From NCBI GenBank assembly GCA_050916045.1, contig CP051526.1, positions 2,208,001 to 2,272,000 on the forward strand: a stretch of DNA of 64,000 nucleotides, read 5' to 3'. Numbering within the stretch: position 1 is the first letter of the stretch; each line of letters starts with the position of its first letter. This document shows positions 8,701-18,199 of this stretch, one piece after another. The stretch is from Tepidisphaera sp. (GTDB lineage: Bacteria > Planctomycetota > Phycisphaerae > Phycisphaerales > UBA1924). The notes beneath the pieces were generated by a model, which had not been told where the DNA came from, did not search any database, and saw only the letters and a list, made by a program, of their open reading frames with translations. The translations under genes and the position numbers were made by a program.

Positions 8701-9674
8701 AGCTTGCGTCGATCGATTTCCTGCCTTGCCGCGGCGTACTTCGACTGTCCCTTGGCCATTTCCTTGTCGCGACGTTCCAAGGCTTCGGCAATCACCTTCT
8801 GCCGTGCTTCCTCGGCTTTGGCGAGGAAGAGCGCGAGAGCGCCGTCCGCCTCCGCGAGGCGAGCCGAGAGCTGCGCCGCCGCATGCGGCACACGCTGACG
8901 AAGCACAACCCTGCCGACGAGAAGCACGACCAGCGCCCCCACCACGCCCAGCCCCGCTCCGATGCCAAGCGAAGCCCCGCTTATCCCCCGCTGCCACACG
9001 CCGACCCCCGCTCCGATCCCGGCGCACGCGAGGGCCACGATCATGATTGTCGATGGCCGGAGGAGCATCGGCTTGACGCGGGTTTCGAGCAACACCCCCG
9101 CTTCCCGGCACCGCTCGACGTAGACAGGCAGAGACTTGGTCGTGTCGACCGCGCCCTCGGTCATCCCGGGCATCGGCGCGTGCCCCTGGCTCGCGAGAAT
9201 CGCGGCGGCTTTGGACCGCACGGCGTCGACCTCTTCGCGTCGGAGCTTGTGGTCCTTGGCGGCCGTCTCGAACTCCGCGCGAGCTTTGCCCTCGCCGCTT
9301 TCGACAAGCGTCTCGGCAAGCCACCTGCTGTCCTCGAGTTTCTGCTCGGCCCGTGCTTCGAGGCGTGCGGTCGTGTCGGCGAAGGACGCGACATCCGCGG
9401 TCATCACCGCGTGGGCATCGCCGAACTCTTTCTCGTGCTTGACGCGGATCGCCTCCATCAGCGCGATCCGCTCGGCTTCGATCGCGTTCTTGGCCGTGGT
9501 GGTGGCGATTTCACGCGCCGAGATCGCCTGCGCGTACTCGCGCTCGATCGTCGCGGTCTGCTCCTTGAGGCGTTTGGTCAACGCCGCTTCCTGAGCGGCA
9601 CGCTCGGCGACCGCGGGGGTCAGCGATCGAAGGAGGTTGCGGATCTGTTCGGCCAGTGACGCGGGCTGGGACAA
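5763..9674 (-). CDS. Membrane FtsK/SpoIIIE-domain ATPase, EccC/EssC-like
   Basis: Coiled coil, 2 TM segments, coiled coil, then three FtsK-like domains. The middle domain has HVLIAGRTGSGKS, DFKKGVEF, VDEFQE and GRAFGMH. Probable TTG start at 9674 after GGAGG. Confidence 0.9.
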   Translation of the reverse strand: MSQPASLAEQIRNLLRSLTPAVAERAAQEAALTKRLKEQTATIEREYAQAISAREIATTTAKNAIEAERIALMEAIRVKHEKEFGDAHAVMTADVASFADTTARLEARAEQKLEDSRWLAETLVESGEGKARAEFETAAKDHKLRREEVDAVRSKAAAILASQGHAPMPGMTEGAVDTTKSLPVYVERCREAGVLLETRVKPMLLRPSTIMIVALACAGIGAGVGVWQRGISGASLGIGAGLGVVGALVVLLVGRVVLRQRVPHAAAQLSARLAEADGALALFLAKAEEARQKVIAEALERRDKEMAKGQSKYAAARQEIDRRKLDEEPALRAKHRQVMDRVLRRTGEKSTAVDEESAKKQNTLKQEHESAIAQAATTRTSRLEAAQREHAEGTTALRQKWTVATAHAREELASIAAASGPLSHPWEGADAPNWDKFEPRTSPPVAARFGTLGVTMAQMQGGVPTDESLREPAVEAFDLPAMLDFLGTGSLLIQAGPEQRADAVASLQAVMLRLLTTFPPGKLKFTIIDPVGLGQSFAGFMHLADHDESLVSDKIWTDPRHIEQKLTDITEHMEAVIQKYLRNEFATIQDYNVKAGEVAEPFRFLVIADFPANFTETAAKRLASIVASGPRCGVFTLIATDARQRPPAWVPMPEIERASVNVVGKEGKLSWKDADFSAWPLAIERSPSEDVVTRIAHAVGKHAKEMSRVQVPFGTVAPKREELWTRSTSGDIRVPLGKAGATKVQQMVLGRGTSQHVLIAGRTGSGKSTLLHALITSAMLWYSPWELELYLVDFKKGVEFKTYASHNVPHARVIAVESEREFGLSVLRKLDAELTRRGNLFRELGVQDLASYRKAKGEGDLTGAGARSSIPRTLLIVDEFQEFFTEDDKIAQEGMLLMDRLVRQGRAFGMHVILGSQTIGGAYSLARATIGQMAVRVALQCSEADSYLILSEDNAAARLLSRPGEAIYNDQSGMIEGNSPFQVVWLPDEVRDSHLQDVEARTRAEGWKGDPPIVFEGNVPSHLPRNHLLRAVLDGSSVPNMPTIWLGEAISIKDPTSVKFRRQSGSNLIIVGQQERPTLGLIVSSLVSLAPQVSRAGRLPSITVLDGGTADAESTDELISLGKQLGSGVAAVVNGRAADAAVAAIYEEFQKRQASDGGADQPPVFLVVSGLQRFRTLRKSESDFGFDDGGAEAATKPDKQFTQLLKDGPSVGIFTIVRVDTSTNLERAMDRRMLKEFDYRVLFQMSANDSSNLIDSTAAGNLGQHRGLLYSEETGQVEKFRPYAVPDADWLASTLSSLPSPVG

Positions 9675-9764
9675 CGGAGACCTCCGAAGACGTTCGATTC
9701 CGGCGAACGCTCTGTTCCACAAAACCGGGAGCAGGCCGCCGGCAGCGGGGCCGAGAACCCGCCC

Positions 9765-9983
9765 TCACCCATCCCCGCACTCGCGCCGCACCTTTCCCAC
9801 CAAGTCACCGACGTGATCGATCCACTTCATCGCCGCGTTGATCCGCGGCAGGATGGGATCGATCACCTCTTTCGCGAACTGCTTGGCAGCCGCGTCGTCC
9901 CACTGGGCCGCGACGCGCTCCCATTCAGCCATCAGCTTCTTGGTCGCATCCTGCAGGTTCGCTTTCGCCGTCGCGATGCTCAT
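9765..9983 (-). CDS. Small WXG100-like helical hairpin protein
   Basis: 72 aa, helix-WDD-helix (WERVAAQWDDAAAKQF); GGAGG RBS; directly upstream of the FtsK gene. Confidence 0.7.
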   Translation of the reverse strand: MSIATAKANLQDATKKLMAEWERVAAQWDDAAAKQFAKEVIDPILPRINAAMKWIDHVGDLVGKVRRECGDG

Positions 9984-10011
9984 GAAGCCCTCCCGGAGCC
10001 GCCCCTCCCGC

Positions 10012-11448
10012 TCACGGGAGCTTCCGCACTTTGATGTTGCGGAACCACACCTGATCGCCGTGGTCCTGGAGCGCGACGTGCCCCGTCGCCCGGGTCGCGT
10101 AGTCCGCCGCACCCTTCCACTTGCTCGCGTCGCGGAGCGTCTTGAACTCATCGCTCGACAGGTCCATCTCCACGACCTTGTACCCGTTGAGCCAGTGCTC
10201 GATCCGCGACCCGTTGCAGACGACCTTCGCCCGGTTCCACTCGCCCGCCGGACGCGTCACGTCATGCGCGATCGCCTTGACCGCGTAAAGCGAGCCCGCC
10301 GAGGTCTGCGGGTTCTTCCCGTCCTGGTGCTTGTTGTTGTCCAGGATCTGCATCTCGGGCCCCGTCTCCCACGGATAGTTCTTGTCCTCGGTGCAGCGGT
10401 ACATGATGCCCGAGTTGGCCCCCGGCGACGCTTTCCACTCCACCGCGAACTCGAAGTTGGTGTACTGATCGATCGTGACGATGTCGCCGCCCTCGCCCTC
10501 TCCGGCGGAGATGCTCAGCGTCCCGTCCGCGACCTTCCACTTCCCGGGAAGCTTGTCCTTTTTGAACCCGCGCATCTTCAGCTCTTTGCCGTCAAACAGA
10601 AGCTCCCAGCCCGCCTCTTTCTCCGCTTGCGTCAGCACGTTCTGCGCCGCAGTCTCCTTCCACTCCGCCGGAAGCGTCACCGACCCCGTCGCCGCCCATT
10701 CCGTCCCTCGCGAAAGCAGCGTACGGAAAAGCGGCGTCGCGACCGACGGCTTGGAATTCTCATCCTTGTCCCACACGTGCCCCAGCGGCGTCGCGAAGAT
10801 CCGGCCCTTGCCGAAATCGTTCACCAAAGCCATCGGCTCGGCCTGTCCCGTCCCGCCCGTCGACGTCTGGCTCATCGCCTGCGCCAAAAGCGTGTACGGC
10901 GAACCCTGAGGATTCGAAAGGCGGTGGTAAAGCTCATCGACCGTCTTGGCTTTCGCCGGCATCCCCGCCGTGATCGGGTGCGCCGTGTCCGTCATCGCCA
11001 CCTCGAACTCGTGGAACTTCCCGTGCCCCGCGTTCTCGCGCCAAAGCAGCGCGATCATCTGCTCGTATTCCTTCCACCCCGGGAACGCGTTGTTCGCCGA
11101 GTGCACCGCCACCACGCCAAGGCCGTTCCGCACCGCTTCCGTGAAGTTCGCCTCCGCAGGCTGGCCCCACCGCTTCGTCTTGCCGTAATCGTTGTAATCA
11201 AGCACCACGACCTGGTACTTCGACAGCATCTTCGCATCCGCCAGCGCCGAAGCCGGCGACTCGGTCACATCCACCACGAACTTCCCCGTCGCTTCGAGCG
11301 TGTCCTTGTGCATCTGGCTCGTGTACCGCCAGTTGTGGTTGTTCTCGCCCGTCACGATCAGCGCCCGCACGCGCCCATCCTGCGCCGCACACCCGACCGT
11401 CATCGACGCCGCCGCCACAACGCACGCCGCTTTTGCCATCATCTTCAT
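10012..11448 (-). CDS. Secreted ThuA-like + DUF1080 (3-keto-disaccharide hydrolase) protein
   Basis: Signal/lipoprotein-like N-terminus; ThuA motifs (DELY, GKGRIFATPLGH); DUF1080 motifs (LFDGK, NSGIMY, EMQILD, LQDHGDQVWFRNIKVR). Confidence 0.88.
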   Translation of the reverse strand: MKMMAKAACVVAAASMTVGCAAQDGRVRALIVTGENNHNWRYTSQMHKDTLEATGKFVVDVTESPASALADAKMLSKYQVVVLDYNDYGKTKRWGQPAEANFTEAVRNGLGVVAVHSANNAFPGWKEYEQMIALLWRENAGHGKFHEFEVAMTDTAHPITAGMPAKAKTVDELYHRLSNPQGSPYTLLAQAMSQTSTGGTGQAEPMALVNDFGKGRIFATPLGHVWDKDENSKPSVATPLFRTLLSRGTEWAATGSVTLPAEWKETAAQNVLTQAEKEAGWELLFDGKELKMRGFKKDKLPGKWKVADGTLSISAGEGEGGDIVTIDQYTNFEFAVEWKASPGANSGIMYRCTEDKNYPWETGPEMQILDNNKHQDGKNPQTSAGSLYAVKAIAHDVTRPAGEWNRAKVVCNGSRIEHWLNGYKVVEMDLSSDEFKTLRDASKWKGAADYATRATGHVALQDHGDQVWFRNIKVRKLP

Positions 11449-11507
11449 GGAACAGCCCTTTCCTTGCATCATCGCACTCTGCCTCGGTAAACCCACCCTT
11501 CCCGAAG

Positions 11508-12200
11508 CTAGCGTACCAGATTCCCCGCCCCCGAGCCGGGCCCGAACCCCGATTCCGCCCCGGTTGCGAATCCCGCCGCTTTCAGCGCCGCCGCCCACCG
11601 CTCCCGCAACACCTCCCCCTCCGGCCCCACTTCCGACCACCACCAGCAGCACTCGACCATCGCCCGGCTCATCCCAAGGTCCACCGCCAGGTCCGCAACC
11701 TCACGGTCGTTCAGATCCACGAACGGCATCTCCACCCGAAGCGAGGGGACGCCGTGCACCCCCGCATCCAAAGCCATCAGCCGCGACACCAGCAGCGCCC
11801 GGTCCGCCGCCCGCGTCGCCAATTCCAGGTTCACACCCCGCTCGGCCCCCGCCGCTCCGCCCTTGGCCACAAAGTGCGCCGGCCACACCACCTCCGACCG
11901 CCCCAGATTCGCTGCGTCCGTGCACGCATCCAGCAAAAGCCGGGACGGACTCGACCATACCCCGTGGCTCGGACCCTCCGACCACGACCGCCGCTCCACA
12001 AGGCCAAGCCCGACCCGCTCCGAGATCCGCAAGCACGCTTCCAGCCGCGACGCATCCTCCGCCCCGACGGCCGGCCAAAGCACCGCTTCCCCGCTCTTCG
12101 AACCCAGAGCCACCATCCCCTCCTTCGCGTTCACCGCCGCCACAAGCGAAGGAAAGTCCCCATCCACCATGATCAGCACCCGCGAGAAATCTTCACCCAT
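11508..12200 (-). CDS. Hypothetical protein, possibly a degenerate QueC/PP-loop fold
   Basis: VLIMVDGDFPSLVAA at the PP-loop position; MPFVDL..E..DLAVDLG resembles the QueC C-terminal region. Confidence 0.45.
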   Translation of the reverse strand: MGEDFSRVLIMVDGDFPSLVAAVNAKEGMVALGSKSGEAVLWPAVGAEDASRLEACLRISERVGLGLVERRSWSEGPSHGVWSSPSRLLLDACTDAANLGRSEVVWPAHFVAKGGAAGAERGVNLELATRAADRALLVSRLMALDAGVHGVPSLRVEMPFVDLNDREVADLAVDLGMSRAMVECCWWWSEVGPEGEVLRERWAAALKAAGFATGAESGFGPGSGAGNLVR

Positions 12201-12242
12201 ACGAACCTCCTCGCGCCCCACCCGACCCACTGGTACGTTTCA

Positions 12243-13952
12243 TCACACAACCTCGGCCTTCTTCACCGACGCCGCAAGCGGCTTGCCATCCGCCCCTTCC
12301 CCGCACAGATTCACCTTGATCCCAAGCTCCGCCGCCAGCGCCGCTTTCAAAGCCACGATCCGGTCCGCCCCCTTCGCGTCCGGCCCGTACACCACCTGAA
12401 TGTGATTGCTCTGGTGCCGCGCCATCATCTGGTCCCGCGTCACCCCGTACATCACCGCGTGCATGATCGGCCACTGGCTCGTCGTCGCGTCCCACCGCCG
12501 CTGCGTCTCCTCGATCGGAAGCGACACGGCTTTGCACCGCCCGATGTCCATGCTCAGCCGCTCGCGACCATCCTTCGCTCGATCGACGAAAATCCGCGAC
12601 CACACCACCTCGCCCGGCTTGCTGATCCCCTTCACCGTGCCACCGCCCAGCTTGAAATACATCGGCGGCTGCCGCTCCGACGTCGTTCCGCGATACCCGC
12701 CCACAAAGTGCGACGGCGGCGCCGCTCCCGAAATCTCAAGCACCCACACCTCATCCTTTACCGTCCCCGACCGGTCCTTGTCCGACCACCGCAGATCATG
12801 AAGCGTGTTGTCCGGCTCAATCCCAAGCTTCTCACACACCCGCTGCGTCAGGATCCCATCCAACCCCGCACACTCATCCACCTCGTTGAAATGCGTCAGC
12901 GGCTTGCCCGGCAAAATCTCCTTCCCGCCCGCTCCCTTCACCGGCGGCCGCTCCGAACAGTTCAAAAGCCCCTCCGCCAGATCACTCGCCGGAGCCAGAT
13001 CCTTCAACCCCTGCTGATACTGGATCCCCACCGCATCGCACCCGAACTCTTCCGAGATCCGCATCGCCGCGATGTACATCTTGAGCTGTTCGAACACCTG
13101 CTTCTCGGTCAGGTCTCGCTCCTCGCGTTTCCCGAACCGGAACCTCATCCCCCGCTTGGTCAGCCACGCGAACGCCGCCGCCGCTTCCGCGTCCGGCACG
13201 CGCTGCATCCCCGCGTACAGCGCCGACTGGCTCAAGCGTTCCTTGAAAACCCCCGTCTGATGCAGCAGATCATCCGGGATGATCGCGTTGTACATCCCCA
13301 TGCACCCCTCATCGAAGACGCCCATGATCGGCGGCCGCTCGCGGATCGCTTCCGCAAGCTCCTCCGCCGCAATCCGCAAGCTCTTCCCCGTGTCTTTCGC
13401 GTCAAACTTCGCCACGTGGGAGGTGTCGTGCTCCAGAGTCCCCCGCTTGCACCACTGCGCGATCCCCTTGCGGAACTCCGCGCTCGTAAAATCCTCTCCC
13501 CAGATCATCGAGTACTCGACGCCCGCTTTCGTCAAAGACCCCCGCAGGTTCAGCACGCCGACAAGCCCGGGCCACTGCCCGGACCAGTTCGCCGCAAGCA
13601 GAATCGGTCCACGATGCCGGATCAGCCCGTGAAGCACATGGTGGCTGTACTGCCACACCGCTTCCGCGACCACAAGCGGCGCATCCCGATCAAGCTCCGC
13701 GAACACGTCGCGCCCGTACGCCTGCGAATCGATGAACCCGTGCGACCCCTCCGCGAACTTCCGCTCAGGATGCGCGCGCACCAGCGACCACCCCGCCGCT
13801 TTGAAAGCCTCCCCCAGCGCCGCTTCGAGCGCCTTCTGCGCCGGCCAGCACGTCACGTTCGCCGAAAGTCGGAGATCCCCCGACGCGATCAGCAGCGCGG
13901 CTTTCGCGCGAACACTCGTAGACCGCTTCGGACGCTCAGTGTGGTTGGACAT
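12243..13952 (-). CDS. L-fucose/L-arabinose isomerase-family protein
   Basis: ANWSGQWPGLVG, GIQYQQG, HFNEVDE, TLHDLRW, NHIQVVY. Confidence 0.85.
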   Translation of the reverse strand: MSNHTERPKRSTSVRAKAALLIASGDLRLSANVTCWPAQKALEAALGEAFKAAGWSLVRAHPERKFAEGSHGFIDSQAYGRDVFAELDRDAPLVVAEAVWQYSHHVLHGLIRHRGPILLAANWSGQWPGLVGVLNLRGSLTKAGVEYSMIWGEDFTSAEFRKGIAQWCKRGTLEHDTSHVAKFDAKDTGKSLRIAAEELAEAIRERPPIMGVFDEGCMGMYNAIIPDDLLHQTGVFKERLSQSALYAGMQRVPDAEAAAAFAWLTKRGMRFRFGKREERDLTEKQVFEQLKMYIAAMRISEEFGCDAVGIQYQQGLKDLAPASDLAEGLLNCSERPPVKGAGGKEILPGKPLTHFNEVDECAGLDGILTQRVCEKLGIEPDNTLHDLRWSDKDRSGTVKDEVWVLEISGAAPPSHFVGGYRGTTSERQPPMYFKLGGGTVKGISKPGEVVWSRIFVDRAKDGRERLSMDIGRCKAVSLPIEETQRRWDATTSQWPIMHAVMYGVTRDQMMARHQSNHIQVVYGPDAKGADRIVALKAALAAELGIKVNLCGEGADGKPLAASVKKAEVV

Positions 13953-14095
13953 GGAGGCCATTATCCCACAATCGCGTGCTGACGCTCGGGGCCCTATCAG
14001 ACGCCGCACGCTTCGTTCCAATCTCGGTGGTCTGAGAACCACGAACAGCCATGAGGTTCTGGCGGAGTCATGGGCCTCTTCGGATACCATCCGCC

Positions 14096-17000
14096 ATGCG
14101 TTCAATTCAGCGTCACCGTGTGCCGCTCGGCCTCTTCACAACCGCGTCTTTCACAATCGTCTCGGCTTTCGCCGGAACAGCCGCCGCCCAGTGCTACGAC
14201 TTCGCCGAGGGCTTTGACGCGGCGGGCCTCGGGACCCAGGGCTCGATCTACTGCATGCTCCGCGTGGGTGCCGGCGAACAGGAACGGCTGATCGTGGGCG
14301 GTAGCTTTACGGAAATCGGGGGTGTCGCGGCGCAAGGCGTCGCGGTGTGGGACGGCGTCCGATGGACTGCGCTGGGAACCGGGGTGCAAGCGACCTTCGC
14401 CTTGACGATGTTCGACGATGGAAGCGGAGCCCGCCTTTTCGCGGCGGGTGACTTCACCACCCAGACGGGCGGCGCGGGCGATCGCATCGCGGCGTGGAAC
14501 GGAACGAACTGGGAGCCGCTCGCCTCGGGAGGACTCGACGGCCGCGTCCTTGCGCTCACCACACACGACGACGGCACCGGAGCCAAGCTGTACGCCGCCG
14601 GGGCCTTCCTGTCCGCGAACGGCTTGGCCTCCCCTTCCCTCGCGGCGTGGGACGGTGACACATGGTCAAGCGTCGGCAACAACACGCCGCTCGGGCTTCA
14701 GTTCCACCGCGCCGCTCGCGATCGCTTCGGAGATGTGCTCGTCTTCGGCGGAAACAATCTCTTTCAGGGAAACCTGTCCAATATGACGTGGACCTTTGAC
14801 GGCACTCGTTGGAGCCGTCGCTTCCCCGCATTCTCACCCTCCGCTCGCGCCGGTCATATCGCCGCGTACGACCCCGTCCGTGAACGGGCCTTCGTCTACG
14901 GAGGCGTCGAAAGCGACACCACAACCTACGCCTGGGATGGCGCCAACTGGTCCGCGCTCGTCACGCAAGGCAATCCGGGGGCGCTCATCGCGTCGACCGC
15001 CGCTTTCGACCCTCCCTCCGGAAAGACCATTCTCTTCGGAGGCCGCCGAACCCAGAACGGATCCAATCCGCCCACCGGCCAGACCTGGGCGTTCGATGGG
15101 TCGGCGTGGACGCTGCTTTCCGCCTCCGGCCCGGCCGCACGCTCCGGCGCGACGATGGCGTTTGATCCCATCCGCTCACACCTCGTTCTTTTCGGCGGAT
15201 ACTCGCCCTCCCTTGGGCTTTTCAACGACACGTGGATCTGGCAGGGCGGACAGTGGACGCAAGCCCAGGGAGCCGGCGGCCCCGCGACCGGCACCAACGC
15301 CGCCGAAATGTGCTTTGATCCCACGCTCGGCCGCATCGTGATGTTCGACAACGTCTCGGGCGGACTCGGCTGGACCTGGTCGTGGAACGGCGCAAGCTGG
15401 GACCGCGAGGGCGCCGCTCGGACACCGACGACCGGCGGTTGCATCATGTACACCTCGCCCGCCACCGGCTCGCTTTACCGCCATGGCGGCGACGGATCCG
15501 AAACGTTCGAGTTTGTGAGCGGCGAGTGGGTGTTCCGCTCGCTCGCGCCTCGCACCATCACAAGCATCGCGTCGTACAACTCCTCGCTCTACGTCGGCGG
15601 GGGCTTCAGCACCTTTACTCCGGGAGTGAATTCCTGCGCCGCCCGCTTCGGCCCCGACCGCGTCTGGCGACCGCTCCCGGTCACCTTCACAAGCGGCGGC
15701 ATCGTCAACCGCATCATCCCCTTACGCGAGAAGCTCGCGTTCCTCGGGAACTTCCACCTCTCGGGCTCCCTTCAGCACTTCGTCGTCACCGATGGCGCCA
15801 CCTTCGAGTCACCGACGACCATTGCCCCGCCCGATCAGGGCTACCAAGCCGCCAAGTTCGCCAATTTCGGCTTCGGCGACGTGCTTCTCGTCGCCACGCA
15901 ATTCGGCATGCGGTACTGGAACGGCTCGGCATGGATCAGCCTCGACTCCACACCCGGCAACTCCGCCATCACGGCGATCGAGCCCTTCGGATCCGGACTC
16001 GCCCAGCGAGCGTTCGTCGGCGGCAGCTTCTCGTCTGTCATGGGCAAACCCGCCAACGGCATCGTCCCCTTCGGCGACCTCTGCACCGCGCCCATCTTCA
16101 CGCGACACCCCGACTCCACGGTCGCATTCCTCACGCAGGGCTGCATCATCCAAGCGAGTGTCATCGGCACCCGCCCCATCGCCCTTCAGTGGTTCAAGGA
16201 CGGCGTGCCGCTCTCGAACGTATCGGGACGCATCTCCGGCGTCAACGACGAGCGCCTCTACCTCGCCAACTTCACCGAGCAGGACTACGGGGCCTACACC
16301 CTCCGCGCGACCAACGTCCACGGCGTCACGCTTTCCAATCCGGCGTATCTCACGCCTTGGTCCTTCGCAGGCGGGGTAATCGACCCCTACGTCATCTCCG
16401 CGACCGGTCGCCGCGTGAACGGCCAGATTCGCACCCCCACTCGACTCTCGCCCCCTCTCGTCCACCCCGACGCAAGCGTGATCTATCACGAGGTCGCGAC
16501 CGGTTCCTCCGTCTACGTCCGTGAGCACGAAGGCGTTTACACCGACATCGTCGCCGCCGGCGGGCCCGCGCCCGGCATGCCTTCCGGCTCCGTGCTGAAC
16601 CTCACCTCCCTCGCACGCGGCGACTCGCTCAACTCCTCGCTCATCGCGACGGGAAGCCAGGGGGGAACGCACATCGCGGGCCTCTACCGTCTCGGGCCCC
16701 AACGCTTCGACCTCATCGCCAAGGTCGGCGATGCGCTCCCAGGCCTCTCACCCACGCAGATCCTCGGCTCGCTCGACGCCGCCCCTCTCATCAGCCCAAG
16801 CGGAAGCCTCGTCTTCAGCGGGAACTTCCGCGAGCGCAATTCGCCCACCTTCCTCGGCCGCGCGGTCTGGCGCTGGTCCGACTCCGACGGCATCCAGTTC
16901 GTCACCGCGCAGGGCCGGATCGCCCCCGGCACCACCAACCTCCCCTTCACCGTTCTTCCCGATGTTCCCGCGATCGGCCCGAGCGGGTCTGCCATCGTGC

Positions 17001-18034
17001 GCGGAGCGCTCGCCACGCGTACAGGCTTCGGCCGAGGCAACAGCGCCGACGACGGCCTCTGGAGACAATCGAGCGGACCGCTCACGATGCTCGCCGCCCG
17101 CCCGGCCCGTTCCCCCAACATGCCCGCGAATTCGAACATCGACGACGTCTTCAACTATCGCGAGCTCGCCGACGGTTCCGTGCTCTTCAGCGCATACGTC
17201 TGCAGCGCTACGTCCAGCAGCACGACCGGTGTCTTCCGGGTCCGCGATGGTGTGCTTTCCGACATCGCCCTCCCCGGCCAGTCGCTGCCGGACTTTGACG
17301 GCACCCCCGCCGGCGTCATCGCGAGCGTCGACTGGCTCAACACCAACGCCCGCGGCGACATCATCCTGCTCGCATCGCTCGTCGACGCGCCGGGCGGGAT
17401 GTGGGTCCTCGAAGCCAATCGCGTCCGCCGAATCTCAAAGAGCGGAGCGACCGCTCCCGCCTTTCTCCCCCCGTTCGCCACCCTCGGAGCCGTCACCAAC
17501 GCGGGCATCGACGAATCCGGCCGCGTCGTCTATCAGACGACCGGACGCTTCAAGATTCCTGATGTCCCTCCCGTCGAATTCACCGCCGTCATGGGCGCGG
17601 ACCCGCTCACGGGCCAGTTCCCGATCGTCCTGCCTTCCACCAAGGTCCAAATCGCCCCGAATGTCCAGCTCACGGCGACCGGCGCGGAGATCGCCCGCAC
17701 CGCGATCAATCCCGCCGGCCGCTTCGACACCGCAAGCCCCATCGCAGGCGACGGAACCGTCTCCCTGCTCGCGCGGTTCGGCGGCGACGCCGGCGCCGTC
17801 ATTCGGATCGATTTCGACGCCGTGCGCAACGCCACCGCGTGCCCCTTCGACGCCAACGCCGACGGTTTCCTCGACTACTTCGACTTCATCGCGTTCATCG
17901 ACTGCTTCGAGGGCACCGCGTGCTTGCCCGCGACCGACATTCGGCCGCCGCAGTCCGCCGATCTGAACCAGGATCAGTTCGTCGACTTCTTCGATCTCAT
18001 CGACTTCATCGACGGTTTCGAAAGCGGCTGCTGA
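14096..18034 (+). CDS. Large secreted protein: kelch-like propellers, Ig domain, second repeat domain, C-terminal GC-type dockerin
   Basis: Signal peptide, LFGG..TW.FDG repeats, QWFKDG..DYGAYTLRATN Ig domain, and C-terminal CPFDANADGFLDYFDF...DLNQDQFVDFFD..FESGC. Confidence 0.88.
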   Translation: MRSIQRHRVPLGLFTTASFTIVSAFAGTAAAQCYDFAEGFDAAGLGTQGSIYCMLRVGAGEQERLIVGGSFTEIGGVAAQGVAVWDGVRWTALGTGVQATFALTMFDDGSGARLFAAGDFTTQTGGAGDRIAAWNGTNWEPLASGGLDGRVLALTTHDDGTGAKLYAAGAFLSANGLASPSLAAWDGDTWSSVGNNTPLGLQFHRAARDRFGDVLVFGGNNLFQGNLSNMTWTFDGTRWSRRFPAFSPSARAGHIAAYDPVRERAFVYGGVESDTTTYAWDGANWSALVTQGNPGALIASTAAFDPPSGKTILFGGRRTQNGSNPPTGQTWAFDGSAWTLLSASGPAARSGATMAFDPIRSHLVLFGGYSPSLGLFNDTWIWQGGQWTQAQGAGGPATGTNAAEMCFDPTLGRIVMFDNVSGGLGWTWSWNGASWDREGAARTPTTGGCIMYTSPATGSLYRHGGDGSETFEFVSGEWVFRSLAPRTITSIASYNSSLYVGGGFSTFTPGVNSCAARFGPDRVWRPLPVTFTSGGIVNRIIPLREKLAFLGNFHLSGSLQHFVVTDGATFESPTTIAPPDQGYQAAKFANFGFGDVLLVATQFGMRYWNGSAWISLDSTPGNSAITAIEPFGSGLAQRAFVGGSFSSVMGKPANGIVPFGDLCTAPIFTRHPDSTVAFLTQGCIIQASVIGTRPIALQWFKDGVPLSNVSGRISGVNDERLYLANFTEQDYGAYTLRATNVHGVTLSNPAYLTPWSFAGGVIDPYVISATGRRVNGQIRTPTRLSPPLVHPDASVIYHEVATGSSVYVREHEGVYTDIVAAGGPAPGMPSGSVLNLTSLARGDSLNSSLIATGSQGGTHIAGLYRLGPQRFDLIAKVGDALPGLSPTQILGSLDAAPLISPSGSLVFSGNFRERNSPTFLGRAVWRWSDSDGIQFVTAQGRIAPGTTNLPFTVLPDVPAIGPSGSAIVRGALATRTGFGRGNSADDGLWRQSSGPLTMLAARPARSPNMPANSNIDDVFNYRELADGSVLFSAYVCSATSSSTTGVFRVRDGVLSDIALPGQSLPDFDGTPAGVIASVDWLNTNARGDIILLASLVDAPGGMWVLEANRVRRISKSGATAPAFLPPFATLGAVTNAGIDESGRVVYQTTGRFKIPDVPPVEFTAVMGADPLTGQFPIVLPSTKVQIAPNVQLTATGAEIARTAINPAGRFDTASPIAGDGTVSLLARFGGDAGAVIRIDFDAVRNATACPFDANADGFLDYFDFIAFIDCFEGTACLPATDIRPPQSADLNQDQFVDFFDLIDFIDGFESGC

Positions 18035-18047
18035 GCCCGATCGTCAA

Positions 18048-18130
18048 TGCCGGAGGAGGGACTTGAACCCACACTCTCTTGCGAGAAGCGGATTTTGAAT
18101 CCGCTGCGTCTGCCATTTCGCCACTCCGGC
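18048..18130 (-). tRNA. tRNA-Leu(CAA)
   Basis: GCCGGAGTGGCGAAATGGCAGACGCAGCGGATTCAAAATCCGC, long variable arm, then GTGGGTTCAAGTCCCTCCTCCGGCA. Confidence 0.96.
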
Positions 18131-18199
18131 TTCAAAAGTGGACGCGTGCCAAACCACGCGCCGGCAAGCATAGGTCGTTCCTTCCCGCTCCGGCTCGTT

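Noticed and set aside
13960..18130. Island integrated at the tRNA-Leu 3' end
   Set aside because: No integrase and no duplicated tRNA 3' end found. The TAC islet lies on the tRNA's 5' side.
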